Shown here: piece by piece, positions 10,149 to 19,243 of the stretch
Layout of the letters: every line of letters starts with the position of its first letter
How positions within the stretch are numbered: the stretch's first letter is position 1
Origin: Candidatus Latescibacterota bacterium
GTDB lineage: Bacteria; Latescibacterota; UBA2968; SICM01
DNA length: 64,000 nucleotides
Assembly (NCBI GenBank): GCA_965217865.1
Contig: CBDCJO010000002.1
Span: forward strand, 4,768,001-4,832,000
Direction of reading: 5' to 3'
Made by a program: the position numbers and the translations under genes
Notes under the pieces: generated by a model
What the model saw: only the letters and a program-made list of their open reading frames with translations
What the model was told of the DNA's origin: nothing
Databases searched by the model: none

Positions 10149-10274
10149 TCATGACTTTATCAAGTATATAATCACCGTTTCTTTACCTTCGAGCTGGACA
10201 AACTGTAGGGGTTGAGTTTCAGATTCATCGTCGAAGGCGTCTTGGCCACCGGTCCGGTCATCGAAATTATCCAT
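10149..10274 (-). CDS. Small acidic hypothetical protein (41 aa), possibly a fragment
   Basis: ATG with GAGG RBS immediately after the thioredoxin-like gene; manual translation MDNFDDRTGGQDAFDDESE... Confidence 0.3.
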   Translation of the reverse strand: MDNFDDRTGGQDAFDDESETQPLQFVQLEGKETVIIYLIKS

Positions 10275-10296
10275 AAGAAACCTCTAAAAAAAGATT

Positions 10297-10638
10297 TTAG
10301 GCAGGGGAGTCCTCTGTCATTATCGAGCTGACCTCTTTCATCAGTTCGAGTTTTGTGAATTTTCCCAGTATTCGTGTTTTGAGCTCACCCGCTTTGAAAA
10401 GGAGAACGGTTGGAACGCTCTGAACCTTTTGATCCTTAACGATTTGGGGTTCGGCTTCCGCGTCAAGCTTTCCGACTTTAATCTTGTCTTTGATCTCCTC
10501 GGCGGCTTGTTCGAGGATCGGTTCCAACTCCCGTGCGGGTCTGCACCATTGGGTGGTCACGTATACCAGAAAGGAATTGTCAGGATTAAGAACTTCATCC
10601 CCGAAGTTGCTTTCGGACAATATTGTAAGTTCCGACAT
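10297..10638 (-). CDS. Thioredoxin-like protein with atypical WCRPA active site
   Basis: Trx fold motifs WCxP, KVGKLD and VQSVPTVLLFKAG. Confidence 0.85.
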   Translation of the reverse strand: MSELTILSESNFGDEVLNPDNSFLVYVTTQWCRPARELEPILEQAAEEIKDKIKVGKLDAEAEPQIVKDQKVQSVPTVLLFKAGELKTRILGKFTKLELMKEVSSIMTEDSPA

Positions 10639-10661
10639 TGGAATCTCGATGGGTTCGCTCG

Positions 10662-11176
10662 TTAATAAAGAAATATATTGTCGGCGAGAAGTTCATCAAC
10701 TTCCTTGCTCAGGCTGGGAACGGTTTTCTTCAACTGTTCCATCTGAGTGTTTGCCGTGAAAAGTTTCTTGGATAGTATCTGAATCACGTTGAGAAGAACC
10801 TTCTGACAAATTTCCGAATTTCTGGTAAAAAGGTCCGTAAGCTCGTCCTTTTTGATGATAAATCCCATCACATCTCCAAGTGTGATAACATTCGCAGATC
10901 TGGGTTCATCCGTGAGGATCCCCTCTCCCCGACCAGGCCGACGGGATTGATTTTGGAAACCTCGACCCCCGTAGAGGTACGCACGGCCAGGTTACCTTCC
11001 AAAAGGATGAACATATCCGTGCTTGCCGACCCGCTGTTGTATATAGGTTCCTCGGTTCCATATTGCATCAGGCGGCATATGTTGAATATATTTTGAAGTT
11101 CAGGTAGGGTCAAACCTTCGAAGGTCGGAATTTTTTTTAATACTTCGAAGAGAGGATCCGCCGGTTCTGTGCTCAT
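10662..11176 (-). pseudogene. Stand-alone cNMP-binding domain protein split by a 1-bp deletion near 10923
   Basis: Restoring one base gives LVGEMGILTDEPRSANV and joins ORFs 10868-11176 and 10662-10871; paralog at 39947 has VGEMGLVTNTPR. Confidence 0.85.
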
Positions 11177-11299
11177 GCATGGCTCCCGCGGTAGGGACGA
11201 AGAAATACCAGTATTAAAAACCTGAAATATATCTAACTCACAATTTCAAGAAAATTTATACCAATGGTCAACAACGAATATGATCCCGTACATTTTCTC

Positions 11300-11329
11300 T
11301 TGCCAAATCCCTCTTAGATTTCATATACT
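11300..11329 (+). promoter_or_regulatory. Putative sigma70 promoter for the HDOD gene
   Basis: TTGCCA-N18-TATACT in an AT-rich divergent intergenic region. Confidence 0.4.
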
Positions 11330-11386
11330 TACCCTGAAAGACACCTGACAAATCCCGACTTAAATAAGGTTTTTCCTAGGTGGTCC

Positions 11387-12652
11387 ATGGCGAGCGAAGA
11401 AAACGGCAGTGTTCTGATGATACAGGCCAACCCGACAGATGCCGAATTTATCGGGACATTTATTGAAAAGGTTGCAGGGTATCAGGTTACCCAAGCCTTA
11501 GACGGTCCTGACTTCATCAGAAAATTACGTATCTCCCCGTCGATGATCCTAATCGATACCCAAATGAATGAGAATTTCCTCCGGGCGATTGAAATTATGC
11601 GGCGGATTCCAAAATTAAAGTCGATTCCGATCGGTGTCGTGACGGCCAACCCGTCCAGACTGGCCCGATGCGATGAAAAAGGCATCAATGGTATTATTCT
11701 TAAACCCTTTACCCCACAGCTCCTGCTTGCCAAAATTTGGAAATTAATGAAGTTGGCTCCCCCTCCCGAGAAAGACAACGGAAAAAAGGGGGGGGACTTG
11801 AACATTCAAGTCGATCAGATCGAGAATCTCCCCACTTTGCCGTCGGTTTACAGCGAGGTTGAAAGGCTGTGCCAGAACCCGGATGTCGACTCAGAAGAAC
11901 TCAGCAAAGTAATCCAGACCGACCCATCGATTACCCTCAAACTTTTACGATTGGCGAACTCCGCTTTCTTCGGATTCACGCGCAAGGTCAACTCGGTGAA
12001 GGATGCGATATCTCTCCTCGGAAACCAGACGGTCAAGAATGCAGTATTGAGCATTTCGATCTATGAGGCTACAAAGGGGGAGGAGGTATCAGCCGGGCTG
12101 GATAAAATGAAGTTCTGGCAACATTCAGTCGGAGTCGGTTCAATAGCGCGGTTTATGGCCAATAAATTGGGGATCCAGAGGGATGAGGTCTTTGCGGCAG
12201 GAATCCTCCACGACATTGGAAAGGTCGTCCTTGACGGATTGTTCAGCGATTATTATGCGCCCGTTTTGAAGGCCGTTGCCGAAAGAAAGATTTCAATTTT
12301 TCAAGCCGAGCAGGAAGAAATCGGCCTTCCTCACACTAAAATCGGCCAGGAATTGGGTCAGGCCTGGAAAATCCCCGAAAGTTTTATCGAGGGGATATCG
12401 CATCATCACAAGCCTGGAGGGTCAGATTTCGACCCGGAGCTTGCCTCCCTGATTCACGTGGCGGATATCCTCTGCCGAAATGCAGAGATGGGTTCGGGGG
12501 GGGACGATCTGGTCCCATTGATCGACGAATTCGCATCTGAAAAATTGGGCGTTGGACCGGAAAAGATCCTGGAGTGGGAAACGGATATTCTGAGTGAACT
12601 CGAGAAGGATCGGACCTTTCTATCCGCGATGGAGGATAAAAAGTCAAATTAA
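11387..12652 (+). CDS. Receiver(-like) domain plus HDOD domain signalling protein
   Basis: LPTLPSV, DPSITLKLLRLANSAFFG, AGILHDIGK and HHKP motifs; N-terminal REC-like domain with KPF. Confidence 0.9.
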   Translation: MASEENGSVLMIQANPTDAEFIGTFIEKVAGYQVTQALDGPDFIRKLRISPSMILIDTQMNENFLRAIEIMRRIPKLKSIPIGVVTANPSRLARCDEKGINGIILKPFTPQLLLAKIWKLMKLAPPPEKDNGKKGGDLNIQVDQIENLPTLPSVYSEVERLCQNPDVDSEELSKVIQTDPSITLKLLRLANSAFFGFTRKVNSVKDAISLLGNQTVKNAVLSISIYEATKGEEVSAGLDKMKFWQHSVGVGSIARFMANKLGIQRDEVFAAGILHDIGKVVLDGLFSDYYAPVLKAVAERKISIFQAEQEEIGLPHTKIGQELGQAWKIPESFIEGISHHHKPGGSDFDPELASLIHVADILCRNAEMGSGGDDLVPLIDEFASEKLGVGPEKILEWETDILSELEKDRTFLSAMEDKKSN

Positions 12653-12706
12653 AGGAATCAGAAGAAGGATATATTTAATAATCAGTACTTACGAAAGGAT
12701 TTGCGG

Positions 12707-12982
12707 ATGGAAGAACTGGCAGGTATACTTTCTATATCGATGGCGGTGTCCATCATTCTGGTCATCCTCGCCAAATATCTCACGACAGCCCGGATTCAGG
12801 TTCTGAAGAGAATGGCCGTTGACTCGGAAGCGAATAGTCGGGCGGCTCTGGGGAAGATGAAAGCAGCTGAGAACGAGTTAGCTGTCGCTGACCGGAACGA
12901 GCAGATCCAGGTCAAGAAGAAGGAGTCTCTCGAGAAGCAGATTGAGAAACTGACCAAGGAACTGGGAAACCTTAACGTATAA
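12707..12982 (+). CDS. Hypothetical protein with N-terminal TM segment and coiled coil
   Basis: Hydrophobic N-terminus followed by a heptad-rich charged tail. Confidence 0.65.
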   Translation: MEELAGILSISMAVSIILVILAKYLTTARIQVLKRMAVDSEANSRAALGKMKAAENELAVADRNEQIQVKKKESLEKQIEKLTKELGNLNV

Positions 12983-13323
12983 GGTGTTGTTTTTAGGAAC
13001 CGATTCCTCACGTCTCTTCAATAAGTCAATCGCACCTAGATCCAACCGTCAGAGGAGTGAGTCGAGCGTCGAATCGTAAACCGATCAAGGTTTCGTCCTA
13101 TGAAGCGCATCTTGTCCGGTAAGATGCAGATTGCCCCGAACAGGGGAATACCTCTCTCACAATCGTGTGAGAGTTTGGAATAACTGCCCTCCAACCCAGA
13201 GCGCCAGAGCATACCCCACCAAGAACGGACCCCTCCCTTTTAGAGGATTCGACGATATTTCGAGTCCATAACTCCTTCCTCGTCGGGATCCCCAAAGCAT
13301 TTTAGGTATCGGGAGATAAAAAT

Positions 13324-13743
13324 ATGGATCTTACAAAGCAATATCCACGAAGTCCGTATAGCGAGATTGGGGGCTTTGTCATGTTGGGAAGGACGGTTGA
13401 CAAGGCGCGAGCACATAACGCGGAAAAACTCGGGGAGTACATATACGACTGCCCCCTGGACAGACTTGTGTTCGAATTCCTCGGTGTTTCCCCCGAGGAT
13501 CTGGCTGAGGCTGTAAAGGAGAATTCAACGGATGAAGAGATCATGGCCTGGGTGACTCGCAAGGATGTTCCCCGAGATTCTGAAGCGGTGCGTGAGTTCA
13601 ACATGAGTTTGAAAGGGCGTGCTCCCGTCACGGAGGAACAGAAACAACGATTTAAACTGACGCTGGAGAAGTTCGCCCCCGGCCGGAAGGACGTTTCAAC
13701 CTGGTTCGATTTGATAGACGCCGAGGAAGGAAGGTTACCATAG
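13324..13743 (+). CDS. DUF5069-like protein
   Basis: YPRSPY..IGGFVMLGRTVDKARA...GEYIYDCPLD...DAEEGR. Confidence 0.8.
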   Translation: MDLTKQYPRSPYSEIGGFVMLGRTVDKARAHNAEKLGEYIYDCPLDRLVFEFLGVSPEDLAEAVKENSTDEEIMAWVTRKDVPRDSEAVREFNMSLKGRAPVTEEQKQRFKLTLEKFAPGRKDVSTWFDLIDAEEGRLP

Positions 13744-13828
13744 GAAGCCGGGTTCGGATTTCCGGCTTAATAACAGACGGTCTACGTTCTTTTTGCAGAC
13801 GAATCCATTTTAATCCTTTGGGGGCTTT

Positions 13829-14869
13829 GTGCTGGGTGTTCTCACATCCCGCCATCCAGATGAACATCCGGTGATCTCGGTGGAGAATCTCTTTAAGTTT
13901 TACCGGGTTCATAAGAAAGAACCCGGTCTCTGGGGATCCGTAAAGAGTTTTATCCGTCGAAGGACTTACGATGTCAAGGCTGTAGAAGATGTGAGTTTCC
14001 GAATCCGAAGGGGTGAGCTGGTTGGTTTTTTAGGTCCAAACGGGGCCGGGAAGACCACAACACTCAAGGTGCTTTCGGGTTTACTCTACCCGACGGCCGG
14101 GGATGTTTCGGTTCTGGGATTTCGTCCCTGGAAAAGGCAGAGGGCTTTTCAGCACCAGTTTTCGCTTGTCATGGGGCAAAAGAATCAGCTCTGGTGGGAT
14201 CTCCCGGCCATGGATTCATTCCTCCTCAACCGGGAAATTTATCAGATTCCCCGGGCGCAGTTTGAAGAGACCATCGGGGAATTAACCGAAGCGCTCGAAC
14301 TCAAATCGCTGCTGCGTGTGCAAGTTCGAAAGCTTTCCCTCGGCGAAAGGATGAAATGCGAGTTGGCGGCCGCCATTCTCCATCGACCCACGATCCTGTT
14401 TTTGGATGAACCGACTATAGGTCTGGATGTGGTGATGCAGAAGAAGGTTCGTGAGTTTATTCTGGACTACAATCGAAAGAATGAGGCGACCATCCTCCTG
14501 ACGACCCATTATATGAAGGATGTGGAGCAATTATGCGACCGGGTGATCATCATAGACCATGGCAGGGTGGTTTACGATGGGAAGTTGGATGAGATCGTCC
14601 GTCGACACGTGGATCGGAAGACGCTTGTCGTGACGTTCCAGGAATCGATATCGCGGGAGGCCCTTGAGGATGTCGGGAAGATTATCGACTTTCAGGATCA
14701 GAAGGCCACTATCGGTGTACCTCGCGCTGAGGCTAGCCAGCGGGCTGCCCGCCTGTTAAACCAGTTCCCGGTCGCGGATCTCAACATCGAGGATCCTCCT
14801 GTAGAAGAAGTGATTCGCCATCTGTTTCTGGCCGGATCAGAAGCGCCGCAATTGGGATCAGGCGGCTAA
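13829..14869 (+). CDS. ABC transporter ATP-binding protein (ABC-2 type)
   Basis: GPNGAGKTT, LSLGERM, FLDEPTIGLD and TTH motifs. Confidence 0.93.
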   Translation: MLGVLTSRHPDEHPVISVENLFKFYRVHKKEPGLWGSVKSFIRRRTYDVKAVEDVSFRIRRGELVGFLGPNGAGKTTTLKVLSGLLYPTAGDVSVLGFRPWKRQRAFQHQFSLVMGQKNQLWWDLPAMDSFLLNREIYQIPRAQFEETIGELTEALELKSLLRVQVRKLSLGERMKCELAAAILHRPTILFLDEPTIGLDVVMQKKVREFILDYNRKNEATILLTTHYMKDVEQLCDRVIIIDHGRVVYDGKLDEIVRRHVDRKTLVVTFQESISREALEDVGKIIDFQDQKATIGVPRAEASQRAARLLNQFPVADLNIEDPPVEEVIRHLFLAGSEAPQLGSGG

Positions 14870-14904
14870 TTCACGGCCGGATTATATCAAAACCCCTTTT
14901 CCGT

Positions 14905-15732
14905 TTGTCAAAGATATCCCCCGTGCATTCATTCCGGTCGAAGCTCAAACTCCTGAGTATGTTCCTGCAGGAGGCAGTTCAATATCGATCCGAGAGTTTT
15001 ATCTGGTTTTTGTTCGACGTGATCGGACCGTTGGTTATGATCCTGATGTGGCGTTCGGCCTACGGACCCTCCGATCAATTCGGGGGGTATACCGAAAACC
15101 AGATGATGCTCTACTATGTTGGGATGATGTCTCTGCGGACGCTTCTCAACGTCCATCCGGAATGGGAGATCAGCCAGGAAATCCGGACAAGTGAGTTTTC
15201 CAAACATCTCCTCAGGCCGCTCGGGTTCAATCAGTACCACCTTATGGGGGAGGCCGCCTGGAAACTCCTGCGGATGATTTATCTTTTACCGGTGGTGGGG
15301 ATTTTCCTGATCTGGCTTGGTCCTGTTGTCCTGTCGGCTGTGGGTTTGACCCGAGAAATGGCCATCCCTTTTTTCGGGAGCCTGGTGCTGGGTTATTTTT
15401 TAAACTATTATATCAAAGTGACACTCGGGCTCGTCGCATTCTGGATGACCGAGTCCGTTGGGGTGTTCAACTTCTTCTTTCTGATTCAGCTCTTATTCGA
15501 GGGAACGGTAATCCCGCTGGACCTCATGCCGGAATTGGTACAGCGGATTGGGGAATTTCTTCCGTTTCGGTATTTCTATTTCCTTTCGATGTCGATTCTA
15601 CAGGGAAAATTGGACGCTCCGACAGCATTCCAGGAGATCTTTACCCAATTTGCGTGGTGTATCGGTGCGTATTTGATCATGCGAATCGTGTTTCGGATGG
15701 GGGTCCGGAATTATAGTGCCGTTGGGGGATGA
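14905..15732 (+). CDS. ABC-2 family permease (DUF990-like)
   Basis: About six TM segments, LLRPL, FLPFRY and C-terminal YSAVGG; follows the ATPase gene. Confidence 0.85.
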   Translation: MSKISPVHSFRSKLKLLSMFLQEAVQYRSESFIWFLFDVIGPLVMILMWRSAYGPSDQFGGYTENQMMLYYVGMMSLRTLLNVHPEWEISQEIRTSEFSKHLLRPLGFNQYHLMGEAAWKLLRMIYLLPVVGIFLIWLGPVVLSAVGLTREMAIPFFGSLVLGYFLNYYIKVTLGLVAFWMTESVGVFNFFFLIQLLFEGTVIPLDLMPELVQRIGEFLPFRYFYFLSMSILQGKLDAPTAFQEIFTQFAWCIGAYLIMRIVFRMGVRNYSAVGG

Positions 15733-15870
15733 ATGTAAATTGGAAACTGCAAACTGAAACGGTTGCTGATTCAAAGTTGAGGTTAAAGGAAGAATGGAAC
15801 ATCCAGGGAAGTTGATGGGGAAAAGTCTAAACTGGAAAGGGACCGGGCGGATCGGATCGGAGGCGAGAAA

Positions 15871-16500
15871 TTAATCGAGGATCTCGAAGCGGATCAATTC
15901 GCAGGTTTGAAACCTATCGATGAGATCCGGGGGTAGAAGGATCTGGAGGTTTTGACTGATCGTGAAGGTATCCTCAATGGGCTCCGCACCTTCTTCAAAA
16001 GCTATACGAAACTTTTTGGTGGAACCCGGCAGCGTTTCATCCCCTTCGATGACGGCCTCCGGGACGGTATAAACCCGGATATCCCCCCATTCGTTTCGGA
16101 CCAACCAGGATCTGGAGGTGAGGATCCGGATATTCTTTTCGTCCGGTTTGGGGACTGATGGATCAGAGGTTGGAACGTGGGATACAGGCTGAGGTTTTGA
16201 AGACCTTTTCCGGACAGCCGCCCTTTTCGGAACTTTTGAATCGCTTGTTTGGAAGATCAGGCGGGTATTCGCAACGACCGCTAAAATCAGAAAAAACGCG
16301 AAAAGGACTGTGACGATTCCATTGTAATAACCGGGGAAGTCAATTCCGAATCGAAGGCCTCCCATCGTAACGGTCAACAGGTTTAGTGAGATGGCAGAGA
16401 TACTGAGATTGGCGGTGGAGAGCAGGTAAAGAATTCCAGCCGCGAGTAAAATCGGTGACAGGATTGCGAGGATTGCGATTTCGAGTGCGATGGATTCCAA
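15871..16500 (-). CDS. Hypothetical membrane protein
   Basis: Three N-terminal TM segments, a linker and a soluble C-terminal domain. Confidence 0.65.
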   Translation of the reverse strand: MESIALEIAILAILSPILLAAGILYLLSTANLSISAISLNLLTVTMGGLRFGIDFPGYYNGIVTVLFAFFLILAVVANTRLIFQTSDSKVPKRAAVRKRSSKPQPVSHVPTSDPSVPKPDEKNIRILTSRSWLVRNEWGDIRVYTVPEAVIEGDETLPGSTKKFRIAFEEGAEPIEDTFTISQNLQILLPPDLIDRFQTCELIRFEILD

Positions 16501-16512
16501 AAAAAGCCCATC

Positions 16513-16755
16513 CTATGGTTCAACAGAACCTTCTTTTTGTTTAGCGCTCCGACCGGGCATCAGGACCAAAACGCCAAGGCTTGACAGGATCACTCCGATC
16601 CCAAGACCCCACATCTGAGTCCGACCGAAACCATATCCCCGATCTAAATCGAGAAAATCTGCACCAAGGGAGATGATCACCAGGGAGATCCCGTCGATCA
16701 ACAGAATCAGGCCGGCAACCACCGCCCACCCTTTTGACTGGACAGCTATGGACAA
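16513..16755 (-). CDS. Small two-TM hypothetical protein
   Basis: Two hydrophobic helices flanking GADFLDL..GYGFG..Q. Confidence 0.6.
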   Translation of the reverse strand: MSIAVQSKGWAVVAGLILLIDGISLVIISLGADFLDLDRGYGFGRTQMWGLGIGVILSSLGVLVLMPGRSAKQKEGSVEP

Positions 16756-16821
16756 GGGTCCCGCACCCCATTTCGCATTACGTTGGCCTTGTGTCCTGGA
16801 TCACACCTTGCCATTTTCGAT

Positions 16822-16837
16822 TGCAATGATCGTGCCA
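16822..16837 (-). promoter_or_regulatory. Sigma54 (-24/-12) promoter
   Basis: Minus strand TGGCACGATCATTGCA matches TGGCACG-N4-TTGCW exactly; about 70 bp upstream of the 16755 ORF, with an AT-rich tract upstream. Confidence 0.8.
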
Positions 16838-16983
16838 TACGAAAATTGATTATATTAATATCTATTATAAAACCAGTTACCTAATTCGTCAAACTATAAT
16901 GCTAAAAAAAACAGGCATATTGGAAATATATTAGTGAGTGTTAACAGCAAACCTTGCCAAGTATGACAACCCCTCCCGTGAGA

Positions 16984-19224
16984 ATGGCTAAGAAATCGAA
17001 AAGATCGAAGATGGAGACGGCGGTCTCGATAGAGGATTTAAGGGGAATTCTTGGGGCCGTACATCCCGATCCATTTTCCGTCCTGGGTATGCATACGGTA
17101 CGTGTCAAGGGGCAGGAAGCCCTGGCGGTGCGCACCTTCGCACCCGATGCACACCGGGCATGGGCCTGGAATGTGGAGACTTCTGAACGATATGAGATGG
17201 CAAGGATTCACGAGGATGGTTTTTTCGAGGCTGTGGTATTGGATTGTCCAAGGGTTTTTGCGTATCAATTGATTTTTTCAGACAATGGAGGGGAGGATCG
17301 TTGGGTTTGGGATCCCTACAGCTTTCCCCCGGTCCTGAGCGATTATGACCTTCACCTCTTTCAGGAGGGGAAACATCTCCGGCTTCATGAGAAGATGGGC
17401 GGGCAGATTTATTCCACCGGGAACGTGAGTGGGATTTTGTTCGCAGTGTGGGCCCCGAATGCCCGCAGGGTAAGTGTTGTCGGAAATTTCTGTCGCTGGG
17501 ATGGAAGGGCCTATCCGATGAGGTCGAGGGGGGCCTCAGGTGTATGGGAGCTGTTCGTTCCCGGGTTGGGAGAAGGGGATCTTTACAAGTACGAAATTCT
17601 AGGGAAGGACAAACAGCTGCTCTTGAAAAGCGATCCATTCGCGAGGCAAACGGAACTCCGGCCAAGCACAGCTTCGATCGCGACGGTATTATCTTCAAAG
17701 CACTGGGACGATTCAACCTGGATGAAGGAACGTGTGAACAAGAACCCGTTGGGTCATCCGATGTCGATCTACGAAGTCCATCTTGGATCGTGGAAGAGGG
17801 TCCCCGAGGAGGAGAATCGGCCGCACACCTACACGGAGTTGGCCTGCTCCCTTGTCGATTATGTTTCGGAGATGGGGTTTACTCACGTCCAGTTCCTGCC
17901 AGTGATGGAGCATCCGCTGGACGACTCGTGGGGGTATCAAACAACAGGATATTTCGCTCCGACGTGCCGGTTCGGATCACCCTCGGATTTTGCCACGCTT
18001 GTCGAAGCGTTTCATCGCCGAGGCATCGGTGTCCTGATCGACTGGGTACCGGGACATTTTCCCAGGGATGCCCACGGGCTGGCGGAGTTCGACGGGACTT
18101 ATCTCTACGAGCACGCAGATCCCAGACAGGGGGAACACCCCGATTGGGGGACGAAGATTTTTAACTACGGAAGGCGTGAGGTTTGTAACTTTCTCCTTTC
18201 GAGCATTCTCTATTGGTTCGAGCAGTACCACATCGACGGAATCCGGGTGGATGCCGTGGCTTCAATGCTTTACCTGGATTATTCAAGAGAGTCCGGGGAT
18301 TGGGTCTCCAATCGCTATGGCGGGCGGGAAAATCTTGAAGCCATCGACTTTTTGAAGCAGTTGAACCAGGTCGTCTATGACCAATTTCCCGGCGTCGTGA
18401 CCATTGCAGAGGAATCAACGGCATGGCCGGGCGTATCCCGCCCGACCTACATGGGGGGGCTCGGTTTTGGTTTGAAGTGGAATATGGGATGGATGCACGA
18501 TGTGTTAAACTACATGGCCCTCTCACCTGTTTACCGAAAATATCATCACGATTATCTCACGTTCGGTCTGCTTTATGCTTTTCACGAAAATTTCGTCCTC
18601 CCCCTCTCCCACGATGAAGTCGTCCACGGAAAGGGCTCCCTGTTGGGAAAGATGCCGGGGGACGACTGGCAGAAATTTGCGAACTTGAGACTGCTCTACG
18701 GTTTTATGTACGGTCATCCCGGGAAGAAACTCCTGTTCATGGGCGCCGAATTCGGGCAGTGGGATGAGTGGGACCACCGAAAGAGCCTGGACTGGCATCT
18801 GACCCAGTCCGATCCCCATCGCAAACTCCAGGATTACGTCCGGGATCTCAATCAACTCTACCGCTCCGAGCCAGCCTTATTCGGACTGGATTTTGAGGAT
18901 GCGGGGTTTGAATGGATCGACCTCCACGATACCGAACAGGGAGTTGTATCGTTTTTGCGGAGGGCTGAAGACCGGAATCAATTTGTTATCTTCGTCTTAA
19001 ATTTTACCCCGGTCCCCAGGTTTGATTATCGAGTTGGCGTCCCGGAGACCGCTTTCTACAGGGAGCTGATGAACAGCGACGCCGAGGCCTACGGCGGGGG
19101 AAATATCGGAAATGAAGGAGGGGTGTGGGCGGACAACATTCCCTGGCACGGGAGAGCATTCTCCATCGGGCTCACGGTTCCCCCCCTCGCGGCCCTGATT
19201 CTTAAAGTGAGGACCGAGGGGTGA
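16984..19224 (+). CDS. glgB: 1,4-alpha-glucan branching enzyme
   Basis: FAVWAPNA, IYEVHLGSW, DWVPGHF, DGIRVDAVASMLY, AEEST and LSHDEVVHGK motifs. Confidence 0.97.
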   Translation: MAKKSKRSKMETAVSIEDLRGILGAVHPDPFSVLGMHTVRVKGQEALAVRTFAPDAHRAWAWNVETSERYEMARIHEDGFFEAVVLDCPRVFAYQLIFSDNGGEDRWVWDPYSFPPVLSDYDLHLFQEGKHLRLHEKMGGQIYSTGNVSGILFAVWAPNARRVSVVGNFCRWDGRAYPMRSRGASGVWELFVPGLGEGDLYKYEILGKDKQLLLKSDPFARQTELRPSTASIATVLSSKHWDDSTWMKERVNKNPLGHPMSIYEVHLGSWKRVPEEENRPHTYTELACSLVDYVSEMGFTHVQFLPVMEHPLDDSWGYQTTGYFAPTCRFGSPSDFATLVEAFHRRGIGVLIDWVPGHFPRDAHGLAEFDGTYLYEHADPRQGEHPDWGTKIFNYGRREVCNFLLSSILYWFEQYHIDGIRVDAVASMLYLDYSRESGDWVSNRYGGRENLEAIDFLKQLNQVVYDQFPGVVTIAEESTAWPGVSRPTYMGGLGFGLKWNMGWMHDVLNYMALSPVYRKYHHDYLTFGLLYAFHENFVLPLSHDEVVHGKGSLLGKMPGDDWQKFANLRLLYGFMYGHPGKKLLFMGAEFGQWDEWDHRKSLDWHLTQSDPHRKLQDYVRDLNQLYRSEPALFGLDFEDAGFEWIDLHDTEQGVVSFLRRAEDRNQFVIFVLNFTPVPRFDYRVGVPETAFYRELMNSDAEAYGGGNIGNEGGVWADNIPWHGRAFSIGLTVPPLAALILKVRTEG

Positions 19225-19243
19225 GGGCTCGTCCAGCCGTCGC

